Assembly (NCBI GenBank): GCA_963776245.1
Contig: CAVZLN010000004.1
Coordinates: 1 to 64,000, forward strand
Length of the DNA stretch: 64,000 nt
Direction of reading: 5' to 3'
Source: Candidatus Eiseniibacteriota bacterium
GTDB taxonomy: Bacteria > Eisenbacteria > RBG-16-71-46
Shown here: piece by piece, positions 10,221 to 21,270 of the stretch
How positions within the stretch are numbered: the stretch's first letter is position 1
Layout: every line of letters starts with the position of its first letter
The notes under the pieces: generated by a model
Database searches by the model: none
The model's input: the letters and a program-made list of their open reading frames with translations, nothing else
What the model was told of the DNA's origin: nothing
Program-made: the position numbers and the translations under genes

Positions 10221-11173
10221 CGACCTGGCTCGACTTCGAGAAGCCGGTGCTCGAGCTGGAGCAGAAGATCGCGGAGCTGCGCGCCCACACCGAGGGACGG
10301 GGCGTGCGCGCCGAGGACGAGCTGGCCGACCTCGAGCGCAAGGCGGACGAGTTGCGGCGCGAGATCTACGCCCACCTCACGCCCTATCAGCGCGTGCAGC
10401 TGGCCCGGCACCCGCGGCGGCCGTACACGCTCGACTACATCGAGCGCGTGTTCACCGGCTTCACCGAGCTGCACGGCGACCGGCACTTCGCCGACGACCC
10501 GGCGATCGTGGCGGGGCTGGCGATGATCGAGGACCGGCCGGTGATGGTGATGGGGCAGCAGAAAGGGCGCGACACGAAGGAGAATCTGCTGCGCCGTTTC
10601 GGCATGCCCAACCCCGAGGGCTACCGCAAGGCGCTCCGCCTGATGCGCACCGCCGAGCGCTTCGGCGTTCCGGTGGTCACGCTGGTGGACACGCCGGGCG
10701 CCTATCCCGGACTCGGCGCGGAGGAGCGCGGGCAGGCCGAGGCGATCGCGGTCAACCTGCGCGAGATGGCGCGGCTCGAGGTCCCGATCGTGACCGTGGT
10801 GATCGGCGAGGGCGGCTCGGGCGGCGCCCTCGCCATCGCCGTCGCCGACGTGGTGCTCATGCTCGAGAACTCGGTGTACTCGGTGATCTCCCCGGAAGGT
10901 TGCGCCTCGATCCTGTGGCGGGATGGCAAGCGCGCGTCCCAGGCGGCCGAGGCGCTGCGACTGACCGCCCCCGACCTCGAGCGCCTCGGGGTGGTGGACG
11001 GCATCCTGCCCGAGCCGGTGGGCGGGGCCCATCGCGACCACGATGCCGCCGCCGCGGAGGTGAAGCGGGCGATCCTTCGGCACCTGGAACGACTGTCCGG
11101 GGTATCGGGACCTGAACGGGTCGAGCGTCGCCTGATGAAGTACCGGCGCATGGGGGTGTTCCGGGAGGCTTGA
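10217..11173 (+). CDS. accA: Acetyl-CoA carboxylase carboxyltransferase alpha subunit
   Basis: [49 protein letters not shown] overlap with dnaE. Confidence 0.97.
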   Translation: MTTWLDFEKPVLELEQKIAELRAHTEGRGVRAEDELADLERKADELRREIYAHLTPYQRVQLARHPRRPYTLDYIERVFTGFTELHGDRHFADDPAIVAGLAMIEDRPVMVMGQQKGRDTKENLLRRFGMPNPEGYRKALRLMRTAERFGVPVVTLVDTPGAYPGLGAEERGQAEAIAVNLREMARLEVPIVTVVIGEGGSGGALAIAVADVVLMLENSVYSVISPEGCASILWRDGKRASQAAEALRLTAPDLERLGVVDGILPEPVGGAHRDHDAAAAEVKRAILRHLERLSGVSGPERVERRLMKYRRMGVFREA

Positions 11174-11199
11174 CCCTTCGCGGAAGCGCTGGCTAGACT
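11170..11199 (+). promoter_or_regulatory. Putative sigma70 promoter for the Trm112/PorU cluster
   Basis: TTGACC-N18-TAGACT immediately after accA. Confidence 0.5.
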
Positions 11200-11328
11200 C
11201 CCCTCGGGTCTTCGCGGCTCGGCACCGAACAGGGACTCGCATCGCCGTCGGCCACCTGCAGAGACTTCCCACCGCACCGGTCACCGCGGCGGCCGTCGCG
11301 ATCCGGATCGAGAACCTTCGAGGAGTCC

Positions 11329-11493
11329 ATGGTCCTGAGTCCCGACTTCCTGAGCATCCTGGCGTGCCCGGACTGCCGCGGCGATCTGGAATACGACGCC
11401 GGCGCCGCGACGCTCGCCTGCCCGAAGTGCCGGCGGCGCTACCGGGTGGTCGACGACATCCCGGACTTCGTCGACGGAGTGGAGAGCTTCTGA
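11329..11493 (+). CDS. Trm112-like (YcaR-type) small zinc-ribbon protein, 54 aa, missing from the ORF track
   Basis: RBS GAGGAG then MVLSPDFLSILACPDCRGDLEYDAGAATLACPKCRRRYRVVDDIPDFVDGVESF*. Confidence 0.88.
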   Translation: MVLSPDFLSILACPDCRGDLEYDAGAATLACPKCRRRYRVVDDIPDFVDGVESF

Positions 11494-11516
11494 CCTCTCT
11501 GGAACGGTCCCGAACG

Positions 11517-14500
11517 GTGGCGCCCCACGCCGTCGCCGCGCTGGCCGTGGGGATCCTGCTGCTGACGTGCGGCGCGACCGCGCCCGCGAGCGCGCGACCG
11601 GCGGCGGTGACGCTGCTGCCCTCGGGGGCTTCCACGGTCCACTTCGTGGTGGACGTGCCGGAGCCGGTGCTCGCGCCCCATCCGGCCGACTCCACCGTGA
11701 CGAATCTCGGGCTCGAGGGCTACTCGCTCGAGGGCGCCCCCGGATGGCCCGGGCTGCCGGTGAGGGTGATCTCCGTCGCGGTGCCGCCGGCCGGCGAGGT
11801 GCGGGTCAGCGCGCAGGGCCTCGGGCCGGTGGTCCGCGAGGGTGTGCAACTCGCCCCGATGCCCGTGGACGCGCCGGGCCTGGCGCCCGGCACGCCGGTG
11901 CGGTACCCGGAAGCGTACGCGATGGCGGGCCCGACCCTGCCGCAGCGCGCGCGGCTGCTCGGCGTGGGCTGGCTGCGCGACCAGCGGGTGGCGCGCATCC
12001 TCGTCGAGCCCCTCGACTACGATCCCGCGGCCCAGCGCATGACCCTGGTGCGGCGCGTGGACGTGACGGTCGAGGTGGAGGGCGCGGACGCGGTGGCGGA
12101 GCCCGGGGACGGCGCGTTCGACGGCGCGCTCGGGGAGCTGCTGGTGAATCCCGAGCAGGGCCGGGCGTGGCGACGCGCGCGGCAGGACCTCGCCGCGGCG
12201 GCGCCGGCGACCGGCGGCATGACCGCCGCTCGCGTCGTGCCGGGTGACACGGTGTACGCCCGGCACCGCTGGATCAAGATCGCGGTCACCGAGGCCGGGT
12301 TCTACAAGGTGGAGTTCTCCCAGCTGCGCAATCTCGCGCTGTTCGGAGGGGACGCCACCATCCCGCTCGACAGCCTGCGGCTGTTCACGTGGCCCGGCTT
12401 CCCGGTGATGCCGGAGAAGACCTATTGCGACACCTGCGGGTACCGCGAGGTCGCGATCCGGTTCGTCGAGAGCGCGGTGAACGACACGCTCGACCGCAAC
12501 GACGAGTACTTCTACTTCCGGGCGGTCGGCACCAGCGACTGGTCGAACGTCTACGACCCCACCCTCGCGGACACGCTCTACATCGACCACCCGTATGAGT
12601 CGCGCAACTACTACTACCTGACCATCGCGACCGCCGCTGCCCCGGTGGGCGGGACGCCGCGCCGGATCGCGACCGTGTCCGGGGCGGTGAGCGGAGGGGC
12701 GACGGTGCCGGCGACCTTCCCCGAGCGCGTCCACTACGAGAAGGACATCGAGTACTACCCGAACGCCGCGCCGAACGCGGCGCCGCTGAGCATCCGACGC
12801 ACGGATCTGTTCTGGGAGAAGTGGTTCTGGAGCACCATCGACGTGGACCGCCACTTCCAGCCGACGGATCCCGCGCCCGACGCGCCGGGCGCGGACACCC
12901 TGCAGACCTTCCGTCTGCGGACGCGGGTCTGGGGCGTCGGCGCGAGCGACCAGTGCAAGTACCCCGGCGCCCGTCCGCCGGTCCATCTGCTGGACGTGGG
13001 GTTCAACGGTCAGGCGCTGCCGCGGCTGGCGTGGTCGGACATCCCCTACCTGTTCACCACGCGCATCATCGATACGCTGATGACCGGGCTGCACACCCGG
13101 AACTCCATCGACTTCAGCGTGCCGCGGCCCGGCGGATGCGTCGGGCCGGGCGAGCGCTTCGATCGCATCGCCGTCGCGTGGGTCGAGCTCTACTACCGCC
13201 GGCGGTTCGAAGCGGTGGACAACGCGCTCGCGTTCGTCTCGGAGCCCGGTGGCGGGCGCTGGGAGTTCCACGTCGACTCGTTCACCACCACCATCCCGCC
13301 GCGCGTGTTCGACGTCACGGAGCCCACCACGCCGGTGGAGATCACCGAGGTGCAGTACCAGCCGCAGGGGGCGACCGGCACCTACACGCTGGCCTTCGAG
13401 CGCGACGAGGCCGCGGCCCATCGATATGTCATCCTGCCCGACACCAGCATCACGCGCGTGCCGAGCGTGAACGTGTTCGACCCGCCACGGCCGAGCGTGG
13501 ACCTGCTGGATCTGGGCTCGGAGCAGCAGGGCGCCGACGCCGTGATCATCTACTACGACGCCTTCAAGACCGCCGCCGACACGCTGGCGGCGTGGCGGCG
13601 CGCCCGCCTGCCGCTCGATCGCACCGGCACCTACGACGTGTTCACGGTCCCGGTGTCGGCGCTCTACGACCAGTTCTCGGGGGGGCGCACCGACCCGGCC
13701 GCGTTGCGGAACTTCCTGCGCGCGGCCTACTACAACTGGAGCAAGCGCCCGCTCTTCGTGACCCTCCTGGGCGACGCCTCCTACGATTTCAAGAACCTGC
13801 GCGGCCTCGCCGCGCCCGGCCGGCCCGGCGCGCTCATCCCGTCGTACGAGAACGGCTTCGACGGCATCCTTCAGCGTCAGTTCGGCAGCGACGACTGGAT
13901 GCTCAACGTCGACAACGCGGCCGTGGTCCTCCCGGACTTCTTCGGTGGGCGCATCCCGGCCGGGGACGCGGCGAGCGCGATGGCGTACGTGCGCAAGCTG
14001 CTGGCGTACGAGCGCGCCGCGCCGTTCGGGACCTACCGCGACCGGGTCATGCTGGTGGCCGACGACGACGTGAAGGGCGTGGAGCCCGATCCGCTGCTCT
14101 GGACGCACCTGCGCCAGACCGCGAATCTCGACGCCCTGGCCACGCCACCTCACTTCGATCGACGCTACGTCTACCTCCACACCTACCCCTGGCGCCCGGG
14201 CTGGACCAAGCCCGACGCGCGCAAGGACGTCTTCCGTTACGTGGACGAGGGTGTGCAGATCTTCAATTTCGTCGGGCACGGGAGCGCGTTCAAGATCAGC
14301 GACGAGGGCGTCTTCGTGTACTCCGACCCGGGCTCGCTCAAGAACGCCGGGCGGCCCACGGTGTTCATCTCGGCCTCGTGCGACGTCGGCAAGTTCAACG
14401 ATCCCGACCTGCAGGGGCTCGGTGAGCGGCTGGTGCTCAGCCCGGACGGCGGTGCGGTGGGCACGGTCTCGGCCACCGAGGAGGCTTTCAGCGACGACAA

Positions 14501-15809
14501 CTCGCTGCTCAACCAGGCGATCTTCAACCGGGTCTTCAGCCGCGACACCACCAGCGGGAACGGCACCGGGCAGTACTACGTCGGCCTCTCCGAGGCGCTG
14601 CTCTCCGGCAAGTTCGGCAGCGTCAATTCCCAGAAGTACCAGCTGATGGGCGACGCCGGGGTGAGACTCGAACTGCCCCGCTACTGGGTGGTGTGCACGC
14701 TGTGGGATTCCGCGGGCACCGTCCCGCTCACCGAGGTGAAGCGCGGTCAGACCGTGACCTTCCGGGGCGAGCTGCGCGGATCGCCGAAGTCGGATGCCGC
14801 GCTGGTGGCGATGGACGGCAGCGCGGACCTCCTGATCGAGGACGCGCAGCCGCTGGACCAGGCTCCCGACTGCCGGGACGTGCCGGGGTGTCTCGATCGC
14901 CCCTTCTACTACTACTACGCCGGCGCCATGTTCCGCGGGGACGTCTCCATCCGGGGCGGGCGCTTCGAGGGGCGCTTCGTGGCCCCGCTGGAGGCGCGCG
15001 CGGGCGGCCGCGCGCGGACGCGCGCGTACGTGCAGGGGCGGGTGGCGGGCGCCGAGACCGACGGCGTGGGCAGCATGTTCACCGTGATCTCGCCGGGCAC
15101 TGGCACGCTCGCCGACCACCAGGGCCCGACCATCGGCCTGCGGTTCGCCGGGGGCTCGAGCGTCGTCCGCGGAGACGCTCTGCTCGAGATCGCGATCAGC
15201 GACCCGAGCGGCGTGCTCACCACCGGCCACACTCCGCAGAATGGCATCGTGGTGACCGTCGACGACAACACCGCGACCCGCAGCGACGTCACCCCCTCGT
15301 TCCGCTATCTCCCGGACTCGTACCAGTCGGGCCGGGCGAGCTTCACGCTGCCCGGCCTGGCGCCCGGGCCCCACGTCATCACCGTCTCGGCCGCCGACAA
15401 TCTGGCGCTCGGCCTCTCCTCCGGGCAGCACCGCTCGAGCGCGCAGATCGCGTTCACGGTGATGGAGACCCCGCCGCTCAGCGTGACGCGCGCCTACCTG
15501 TTCCCCAACCCGGCCCGGTCGGGGGGACCGGGGGGCGGGGGCGCCTTCGTGATCGACGCCCCGGGCGATTCGATCAACGTGATGATGCGGCTCTACACCG
15601 TGTCCGGCCGGGCCATCCGGACGCTTCGCGCCCCCGGGGGGATCGGCCAGGTGCAGCTCGCCTGGGACGGGCTCGACGCCGAAGGGGACGCGCTCGCGAA
15701 CGGGGTCTACCTGTTCCGGGTGTTCGTCTACGCCCGGGAGGCGAACGGCGAGAGCAGCGCCCGGCAGCGGGCCATCGCGGAGGGCCGGTTCGTGATCCTG
15801 AATCGATGA
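11517..15809 (+). CDS. porU: PorU-like C25 (gingipain-family) cysteine protease/sortase with propeptide and C-terminal CTD/FlgD-Ig domain
   Basis: WIKIAVTEAGFYKV, LYDQFSGG..DPAALRNFL, LLGDASYDFK, catalytic FVGHGS and ASCDVGKF, C-terminal FPNP...WDGLDAEGDALANGVYLFRV. Followed by porV. Start uncertain (ORF open from 11364). Confidence 0.82.
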   Translation: MAPHAVAALAVGILLLTCGATAPASARPAAVTLLPSGASTVHFVVDVPEPVLAPHPADSTVTNLGLEGYSLEGAPGWPGLPVRVISVAVPPAGEVRVSAQGLGPVVREGVQLAPMPVDAPGLAPGTPVRYPEAYAMAGPTLPQRARLLGVGWLRDQRVARILVEPLDYDPAAQRMTLVRRVDVTVEVEGADAVAEPGDGAFDGALGELLVNPEQGRAWRRARQDLAAAAPATGGMTAARVVPGDTVYARHRWIKIAVTEAGFYKVEFSQLRNLALFGGDATIPLDSLRLFTWPGFPVMPEKTYCDTCGYREVAIRFVESAVNDTLDRNDEYFYFRAVGTSDWSNVYDPTLADTLYIDHPYESRNYYYLTIATAAAPVGGTPRRIATVSGAVSGGATVPATFPERVHYEKDIEYYPNAAPNAAPLSIRRTDLFWEKWFWSTIDVDRHFQPTDPAPDAPGADTLQTFRLRTRVWGVGASDQCKYPGARPPVHLLDVGFNGQALPRLAWSDIPYLFTTRIIDTLMTGLHTRNSIDFSVPRPGGCVGPGERFDRIAVAWVELYYRRRFEAVDNALAFVSEPGGGRWEFHVDSFTTTIPPRVFDVTEPTTPVEITEVQYQPQGATGTYTLAFERDEAAAHRYVILPDTSITRVPSVNVFDPPRPSVDLLDLGSEQQGADAVIIYYDAFKTAADTLAAWRRARLPLDRTGTYDVFTVPVSALYDQFSGGRTDPAALRNFLRAAYYNWSKRPLFVTLLGDASYDFKNLRGLAAPGRPGALIPSYENGFDGILQRQFGSDDWMLNVDNAAVVLPDFFGGRIPAGDAASAMAYVRKLLAYERAAPFGTYRDRVMLVADDDVKGVEPDPLLWTHLRQTANLDALATPPHFDRRYVYLHTYPWRPGWTKPDARKDVFRYVDEGVQIFNFVGHGSAFKISDEGVFVYSDPGSLKNAGRPTVFISASCDVGKFNDPDLQGLGERLVLSPDGGAVGTVSATEEAFSDDNSLLNQAIFNRVFSRDTTSGNGTGQYYVGLSEALLSGKFGSVNSQKYQLMGDAGVRLELPRYWVVCTLWDSAGTVPLTEVKRGQTVTFRGELRGSPKSDAALVAMDGSADLLIEDAQPLDQAPDCRDVPGCLDRPFYYYYAGAMFRGDVSIRGGRFEGRFVAPLEARAGGRARTRAYVQGRVAGAETDGVGSMFTVISPGTGTLADHQGPTIGLRFAGGSSVVRGDALLEIAISDPSGVLTTGHTPQNGIVVTVDDNTATRSDVTPSFRYLPDSYQSGRASFTLPGLAPGPHVITVSAADNLALGLSSGQHRSSAQIAFTVMETPPLSVTRAYLFPNPARSGGPGGGGAFVIDAPGDSINVMMRLYTVSGRAIRTLRAPGGIGQVQLAWDGLDAEGDALANGVYLFRVFVYAREANGESSARQRAIAEGRFVILNR

Positions 15810-15970
15810 GGCCGCAGGTGGACCGGCCTGCCCGGCTTTCCCGGCTGTCCCGGGGGGCCCCGGGAGGGCCCGGGATGCAGAAATCGGGAGTCCATCGGGC
15901 GGTTGCGGTGTAGTATCTCTGTTCGCTCCGACGCGTGGGGAGTCGTCTGTTTCTGGAGGAAGAGAGGGCT

Positions 15971-16912
15971 ATGCGCTTGAAGAACAAGGTCTTGGCGGTC
16001 CTGATGGGGGCGGTGCTCGCGACCAGCGCGCATGCCCAGGGTACGGGCCGCTCACTCGACATCCAGCCCGGCGCCCGCTGGAACGGGATGGGCTCCGCAG
16101 GCGTGGCGGTCGCCGACGACGCCACCGGGGCCACGTGGTGGAACCCGGCCGGCCTGGGGTTCGCCGAGCGTGGCGCGATCGAGCTGACGTATGCCCCGCT
16201 GGTGCCGGGCCTGGCCAACGACGTGTCCTACAACTTCGCCACCTGGGTCCGCCCGGTGGAGGGTTGGGGGGCCTTCGGCCTCGGCCTGGTGTTCCTCTCC
16301 TACGGGACCACCGAACTCACGAACGAGGGCGGCGGATCCCTTGGGACGTACGGGCCGAACGAGGTCTCGCCGGCGTTCTACTACGGCACCCGGCTACTGC
16401 CCGATCTCTCGGTGGGGGCCTCGCTCAAGTACATCCGGATCCAGCTGGCGCCCGACAGCTACCACGGCGTGGGCTCGACGTTCGGTCTCGATCTGGGAGC
16501 GATCTACAAGGTTCCGCCCGCCCGGCTCAGTCTGGGCGTGAACGTGCAGAACATGGGCCCGAGCGTGACCTTCATCAATGAGGACCAGGCCAGCCCGCTG
16601 TCCCGCAACGTGGACGTGGGAGCGGCATGGACCCCGGTCCAGAACCAGCAGATGGCGCTGCTCATGGTGGCCGACTTCAGGCAGTACCTGGTGACCGCCG
16701 GGTTCCGGGTCTTCAACGGCGGTTTCGAGCTGCGCTACGCCGACCAGATCGCCGGACGCCTCGGTTACTACTACGATCCCACCGGTGACCTTCGCAATCT
16801 CACCTACGGCCTCGGGATCAACTGGAAGAAGATCAGCTTCGACATGGCGGGGATCCCGCAGGCCACCGGCCTCGAGTACGTGAAGAAGATCACTCTGGGA
16901 TACCACTTCTAG
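15971..16912 (+). CDS. porV: PorV-family outer-membrane beta-barrel (T9SS shuttle)
   Basis: Signal peptide; LDIQPGARWNGMGSAGVAVADDATGATWWNPAGL; GASLKYI; NVQNMGP; C-terminal LGYHF. Directly follows the porU-like gene. Confidence 0.85.
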   Translation: MRLKNKVLAVLMGAVLATSAHAQGTGRSLDIQPGARWNGMGSAGVAVADDATGATWWNPAGLGFAERGAIELTYAPLVPGLANDVSYNFATWVRPVEGWGAFGLGLVFLSYGTTELTNEGGGSLGTYGPNEVSPAFYYGTRLLPDLSVGASLKYIRIQLAPDSYHGVGSTFGLDLGAIYKVPPARLSLGVNVQNMGPSVTFINEDQASPLSRNVDVGAAWTPVQNQQMALLMVADFRQYLVTAGFRVFNGGFELRYADQIAGRLGYYYDPTGDLRNLTYGLGINWKKISFDMAGIPQATGLEYVKKITLGYHF

Positions 16913-17077
16913 GTCCGGGCCGGGGGCGGGCCTGCCCGGGCATCGAAGCGCCCCGCGTCGGCGGGCCCGGAGAGGGAGTGGCATGCGAGCCGTGGGCGTG
17001 GGATACGGCACAGCGAGGAACGACTGAACCAGCGCATCGTGCAGGGTCCTCAGCCGGAGACTGGCTGCGCGAGGAGC

Positions 17078-20000
17078 GTGGCATTCCTGAGGGTTCCGAT
17101 CGTGGTCGCGGCGCTGGTCGCGGCGGCCTGGGGCCCGGCGCATGCGACCTCGATCGATCGGGTGCAGCGCCTCATCCATCCGGCCGACGCCGCCCGCCTG
17201 CTCCAGCGCGGGCTGCGCACCGACGCGCTCCCGATGCGCCCGGACGAGATCGCGGCGCAGTCGGCCCGCGAGCGCGCCGCGCGGCGCTTCCCGCACGTGG
17301 TCACCGCGCCCGGCCTCGACTGGTCGAAGTCCGGCAACCGCCGCGTCGGCTGGATCCGCCCGCCGCGGGGCGCGGCCGCAGTGGCGCGCGCCGCGGCCCT
17401 CGAGCTGCCGCCTCCCGACACCCTCCGCGTGGCCATCGTGCGGATCGACTTCCGGACCGATCGGGGCGGCGCCGCCTCGACCGGGAATGGCAGGTTCGAG
17501 ACCACGCCCGACACCCAGAGCCCGCCCATCGACCGCCCGGCGCGCGACCTGGCGTACTTCAAGAGCCACGCCGAGGCGCTGTCGCGCTACTACGATGTCC
17601 AGACCTATGGACGGGTGGTGGTGAGGGCCGACGTGTGGCCGCGCGACACCTCCCACACGAGCAGCACCGTCCACGCGTACTCGGTGAGTGACATGGCCGA
17701 CTTCGGGCCGTGGACGTTCGGCCAGGGCATCTACCGCGCGGCGGTGGACATGATGCACACCATGCTCTTCGCCGCCGACTCGCAGTCCGCGGTGCTCGGG
17801 GACACCCTCCGGTGGGACGACTACGACCGGATCATCATCATCCACGCCGGGAGCGACCTGCAGAGCGACGTGCGACAGGACAGCAAGGAGGACATACCCT
17901 CCTTCACCATCGGAGTCTCCGGCGAGGACGCCGTGCTGCCGAAGTACGCCACCCGCGCCATCGACCGCGCCTCGTTCGTCCCCGAGACCATCAATCAGGA
18001 CGGTTACTTCGGCGCCATCAACGGCGTGCTCGCCCACGAGTGCGGGCACCTGTTCTTCGGCTTCTTCGATGTCTACGACATCGATACGGGCTCCCCAGTG
18101 TGCGGATACTGGTCCCTGATGGACAGTGGGAACATGGTGGGGGCCCGGGTGGGCCTGAAGGACGGCACCGAGATCTACGCCACCGGCCTGCTGCCGCCCA
18201 GCATCGACCCGTTCCATCGCGCGTGGACCACGGACGTGCTGCCGCTGACACCGCTGGCCTGGGACGTGCTGGACTCCCTGCGCAGCAGCGAGCGCCATCC
18301 GGACATCCGGCGCGTCGATCTGACGGCGGACGAATACCTGCTGATCGAGAACCGCTATCTGGCGCCGGCGGACGCGGTGCAGCTCGATCAGGACACGACC
18401 ACGCGCGTGGTGCTGGGGCCGAAATCGCCCGACCGTTTCGAGTACGACGCGCTCCTGCCGGGGGGCGGGCTGCTGGTGTGGCACGTGGACGGCAGCGTCA
18501 TCCCGCTCGAGAGCGTCTTCCCGCTCGACACCGCGCTGCGCGTGAATCCGGACTTCGGTCTCAACACGAACCCGCTCCGCCTCGGCCTGAGCGTGGTCGA
18601 GGCCGACGGACTCGGAGACCTCGGCGACCCCACCTCGCCCTATTTCCTCGGCGCGCGCTTCGACCCGTTCTTCGCCGGCAACTACACCGTGCTCTCGGAC
18701 ACCACCGTGCCGAACCTGATCCCCCACATCGGCACCCGCACGCACATCCGCATCGACATGCCCGACAGCCTCGGGCCCACGATGCACGCGCGCGCTTCGC
18801 GCACCTGGGGGATGCCCGGCTGGCCGCGGCGTGCGCCCTTCCCGCCGGGCGGCGCGCAGTTGCTGGCGGTGGACGCCGACGGCGACAGCGCGCTCGAGGT
18901 GTGCTGGGCGGGCGGGACGCTCTACGGCGCCGACACCACCGGCGGGACGCACCATGGGGCGGACACCAGCGGCGTGTTCGCGCTGCGGGCGAACGGCCAG
19001 GGGCTCACCGGCGCGGATCCGCAGTTCGCGTGGCTCCAGCGACGGCCCGAGCCCGAGATGGCGGCGATCGCGACCGGGCCCATCGACGCCACGACCGGGC
19101 GCACCGTCGGACCGGCGCTGTTCGCCGTGGTCTCGCGCGACGCGTACCCGGATGACGCCCTCGGGGGCAAGGTGTGGCTGCTCGATCACAATGGCGCCGT
19201 CCAGCCCGGGTGGCCCGCGGTGCTCCCGGCGCGTGTCACCACCCCGCCGCTGATCGCCGGGACCTATCCGGGAGCGCGGGTGATGGTGGGTTGCGCGGAC
19301 GGCATGATCCGCTGCCTCGGACTCGATGGCGCCGTGCTGCCGCAGACCGGCCCGCAGATGCGCGGCCCGGTCACCGGGCGTCTCGCGTGTCTGACGACCA
19401 CCGGAACTGGCGGCGGCACGGTCATGCTGGTCGCCGGCGCGAGCGCCGAAGGCGATGTGTGCGCGTTCGCCGTCCCCTCGGGTCCGCCCGCCGCGTGGGT
19501 GCGCAGCGTGGGTGCGGCCGGCTTCGCGCCGGACCTGCTGTGGATCCCCTTCGGGGGCGAAGGCCCGAACGCCACGCCCGCGTGCGACGCGGACACCCAT
19601 GGGTACACGCTGGTGGTGCGCGACGTCGATCGCCTCTACGCCTTCTGCGAGGGCGGCACGCCGCTGCCCGGCTGGGGCCAGGCGCTGCCCGATACGCTGG
19701 TCGCCGCGATCGGCGCCGGCGACCCGGACGGCGACGGCTACCCGGAGGTCCTGGTGCAGACCGTGCGCTCGGGAATCGCGTTCGTGAACGCCACGGGCGG
19801 CCTCTCGCCGGGCTGGCCGAAGCGGCCGGCCGGCGAGGACCTGCCCGCCGGCAGTCCGGCGCTCGCGGCCGACGTGAACGGCGACGGGCGCAGCGAGGTG
19901 GTGGCGATGAGCGGCGCGGGCATCCTCTCGGCGCTGCAGGTGAACGGCAAGCAGGCCGAGGGCTGGCCGCTCGCGAGCGGCGCGGGCGCGGTCGGTGCGC

Positions 20001-20479
20001 CGGTCATCGCCGACCTGGATGGCGACGGCTTCCTCGAGCTGGTGGCGACCGACAACGTGGACCGGCTGTGGGGCTACGCGCTCGGCGCGCCCGCGGCCGG
20101 GCGCGCCGCCGCCCCCTGGCCGATGCTGGGCGGAGACGCCGGACGGACGAGCACGCTGCCGGCCGACCGCGCCCCGGTCGCGCTCGCCCCGTCCGCCGGT
20201 CCGCTGGTGCGCGGCACGCTGATGGCCTATCCGAATCCGGCGCGCCGCAAGCCGGTGACGTTCGCGTACACGCTCTCCGAACCGGCCACGGTGGACTTCC
20301 GCGTGCTCGACACCTCAGGCCACCAGGTGGCCTCGTTTGCGCGCTCCGGTCGCCAGGCGGACAACCTCGAGATCTGGGAGCCGGGCGCGCTGCCCGCCGG
20401 CCTCTACCTGGTGCAGGTGCGCTTCCGCGCTCCCGGACACGAGCAGCACGAGATGCTGCAGGTGGGGCTGCTGCGATGA
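17078..20479 (+). CDS. Secreted M6 (immune inhibitor A-like) metalloprotease with FG-GAP repeats and T9SS-type CTD
   Basis: IIIHAG, LAHECGHLFFGFFDVYD (HExxH), WSLMDSG, EYLLIENR, DxDGDG repeats, C-terminal YPNP...PAGLYLVQV. Start approximate. Confidence 0.85.
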   Translation: MAFLRVPIVVAALVAAAWGPAHATSIDRVQRLIHPADAARLLQRGLRTDALPMRPDEIAAQSARERAARRFPHVVTAPGLDWSKSGNRRVGWIRPPRGAAAVARAAALELPPPDTLRVAIVRIDFRTDRGGAASTGNGRFETTPDTQSPPIDRPARDLAYFKSHAEALSRYYDVQTYGRVVVRADVWPRDTSHTSSTVHAYSVSDMADFGPWTFGQGIYRAAVDMMHTMLFAADSQSAVLGDTLRWDDYDRIIIIHAGSDLQSDVRQDSKEDIPSFTIGVSGEDAVLPKYATRAIDRASFVPETINQDGYFGAINGVLAHECGHLFFGFFDVYDIDTGSPVCGYWSLMDSGNMVGARVGLKDGTEIYATGLLPPSIDPFHRAWTTDVLPLTPLAWDVLDSLRSSERHPDIRRVDLTADEYLLIENRYLAPADAVQLDQDTTTRVVLGPKSPDRFEYDALLPGGGLLVWHVDGSVIPLESVFPLDTALRVNPDFGLNTNPLRLGLSVVEADGLGDLGDPTSPYFLGARFDPFFAGNYTVLSDTTVPNLIPHIGTRTHIRIDMPDSLGPTMHARASRTWGMPGWPRRAPFPPGGAQLLAVDADGDSALEVCWAGGTLYGADTTGGTHHGADTSGVFALRANGQGLTGADPQFAWLQRRPEPEMAAIATGPIDATTGRTVGPALFAVVSRDAYPDDALGGKVWLLDHNGAVQPGWPAVLPARVTTPPLIAGTYPGARVMVGCADGMIRCLGLDGAVLPQTGPQMRGPVTGRLACLTTTGTGGGTVMLVAGASAEGDVCAFAVPSGPPAAWVRSVGAAGFAPDLLWIPFGGEGPNATPACDADTHGYTLVVRDVDRLYAFCEGGTPLPGWGQALPDTLVAAIGAGDPDGDGYPEVLVQTVRSGIAFVNATGGLSPGWPKRPAGEDLPAGSPALAADVNGDGRSEVVAMSGAGILSALQVNGKQAEGWPLASGAGAVGAPVIADLDGDGFLELVATDNVDRLWGYALGAPAAGRAAAPWPMLGGDAGRTSTLPADRAPVALAPSAGPLVRGTLMAYPNPARRKPVTFAYTLSEPATVDFRVLDTSGHQVASFARSGRQADNLEIWEPGALPAGLYLVQVRFRAPGHEQHEMLQVGLLR

Positions 20480-21270
20480 GGGCGCGCGGGTGGGGCATGG
20501 CGCTCATGCTGATGGCGCTGGCCAGCGCCGCCGGCGTCGCCGGCGCGTCGGCTGCGTCGTCGTGCTGCTCGGCCTTCGCGCTCGCGGTCATGACCGGCGC
20601 CGACCCGCCGCGGCTGCTGCTCGCTCAGCGCGCCATCGACCGCGCGTGGGGGCCGTCGGACGACTCCGTGTACCGCGAGGTGCGCGTGCCGCAGTGGAAG
20701 TCGGAGGCGCTCGCGGTGTCGCTCTCGGCGGCGGTCCCCGGCACGGGCCAGCTCTACGCGGGCGAGAACAGCGGGTACGTCTACCTGCTGGGCGAAGCCG
20801 CGGGGTGGGTGTCGCGCGCGGTGTTCCGGCGCAAGGCGGACGACCGCCGCTCGGGGGTCGAGCACTTCGCCGGACCGCCCGCGGATCCCGCCAGCTCGTG
20901 GTCGGCCGATCGCTGGGCGAAGGCGACCGGCGGCGATCCGTCCGAGATCGTGGCGCTCTATCAGGCCGACCGGGTGGCGTACCTCTACGCGCTGGGATCG
21001 GACGACCGCTATCTGGCGGGCTGGTCGGGAGACCCGGGCAGGACGCGCGAGACCTTCCAGGTCATGCGCGGGGGCGAGCAGAAGATGGTCCGGCGGGCGC
21101 GCTACGCCGAGTGGGGACTGATGCTCAACCACGTCGTCTCCGCCGTGGACGCGCTGCGGGCCGCGCGCATCCAGAACCTGCCGCTGGGACGCGATCTCGA
21201 ACTGCGACTCCGGAGCAACTGGCGGCACGGTGGCCCGGCGCTCGCGGCCGTGGTCCAGAGGAGATTCTGA
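20476..21270 (+). CDS. DUF5683-like membrane/exported protein (paralogue 1)
   Basis: ATGA overlap with the upstream gene; signal peptide; SAAVPGTGQLYAG, NHVVSAVDA; C-terminal beta strand ending in F. Confidence 0.6.
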   Translation: MRARGWGMALMLMALASAAGVAGASAASSCCSAFALAVMTGADPPRLLLAQRAIDRAWGPSDDSVYREVRVPQWKSEALAVSLSAAVPGTGQLYAGENSGYVYLLGEAAGWVSRAVFRRKADDRRSGVEHFAGPPADPASSWSADRWAKATGGDPSEIVALYQADRVAYLYALGSDDRYLAGWSGDPGRTRETFQVMRGGEQKMVRRARYAEWGLMLNHVVSAVDALRAARIQNLPLGRDLELRLRSNWRHGGPALAAVVQRRF

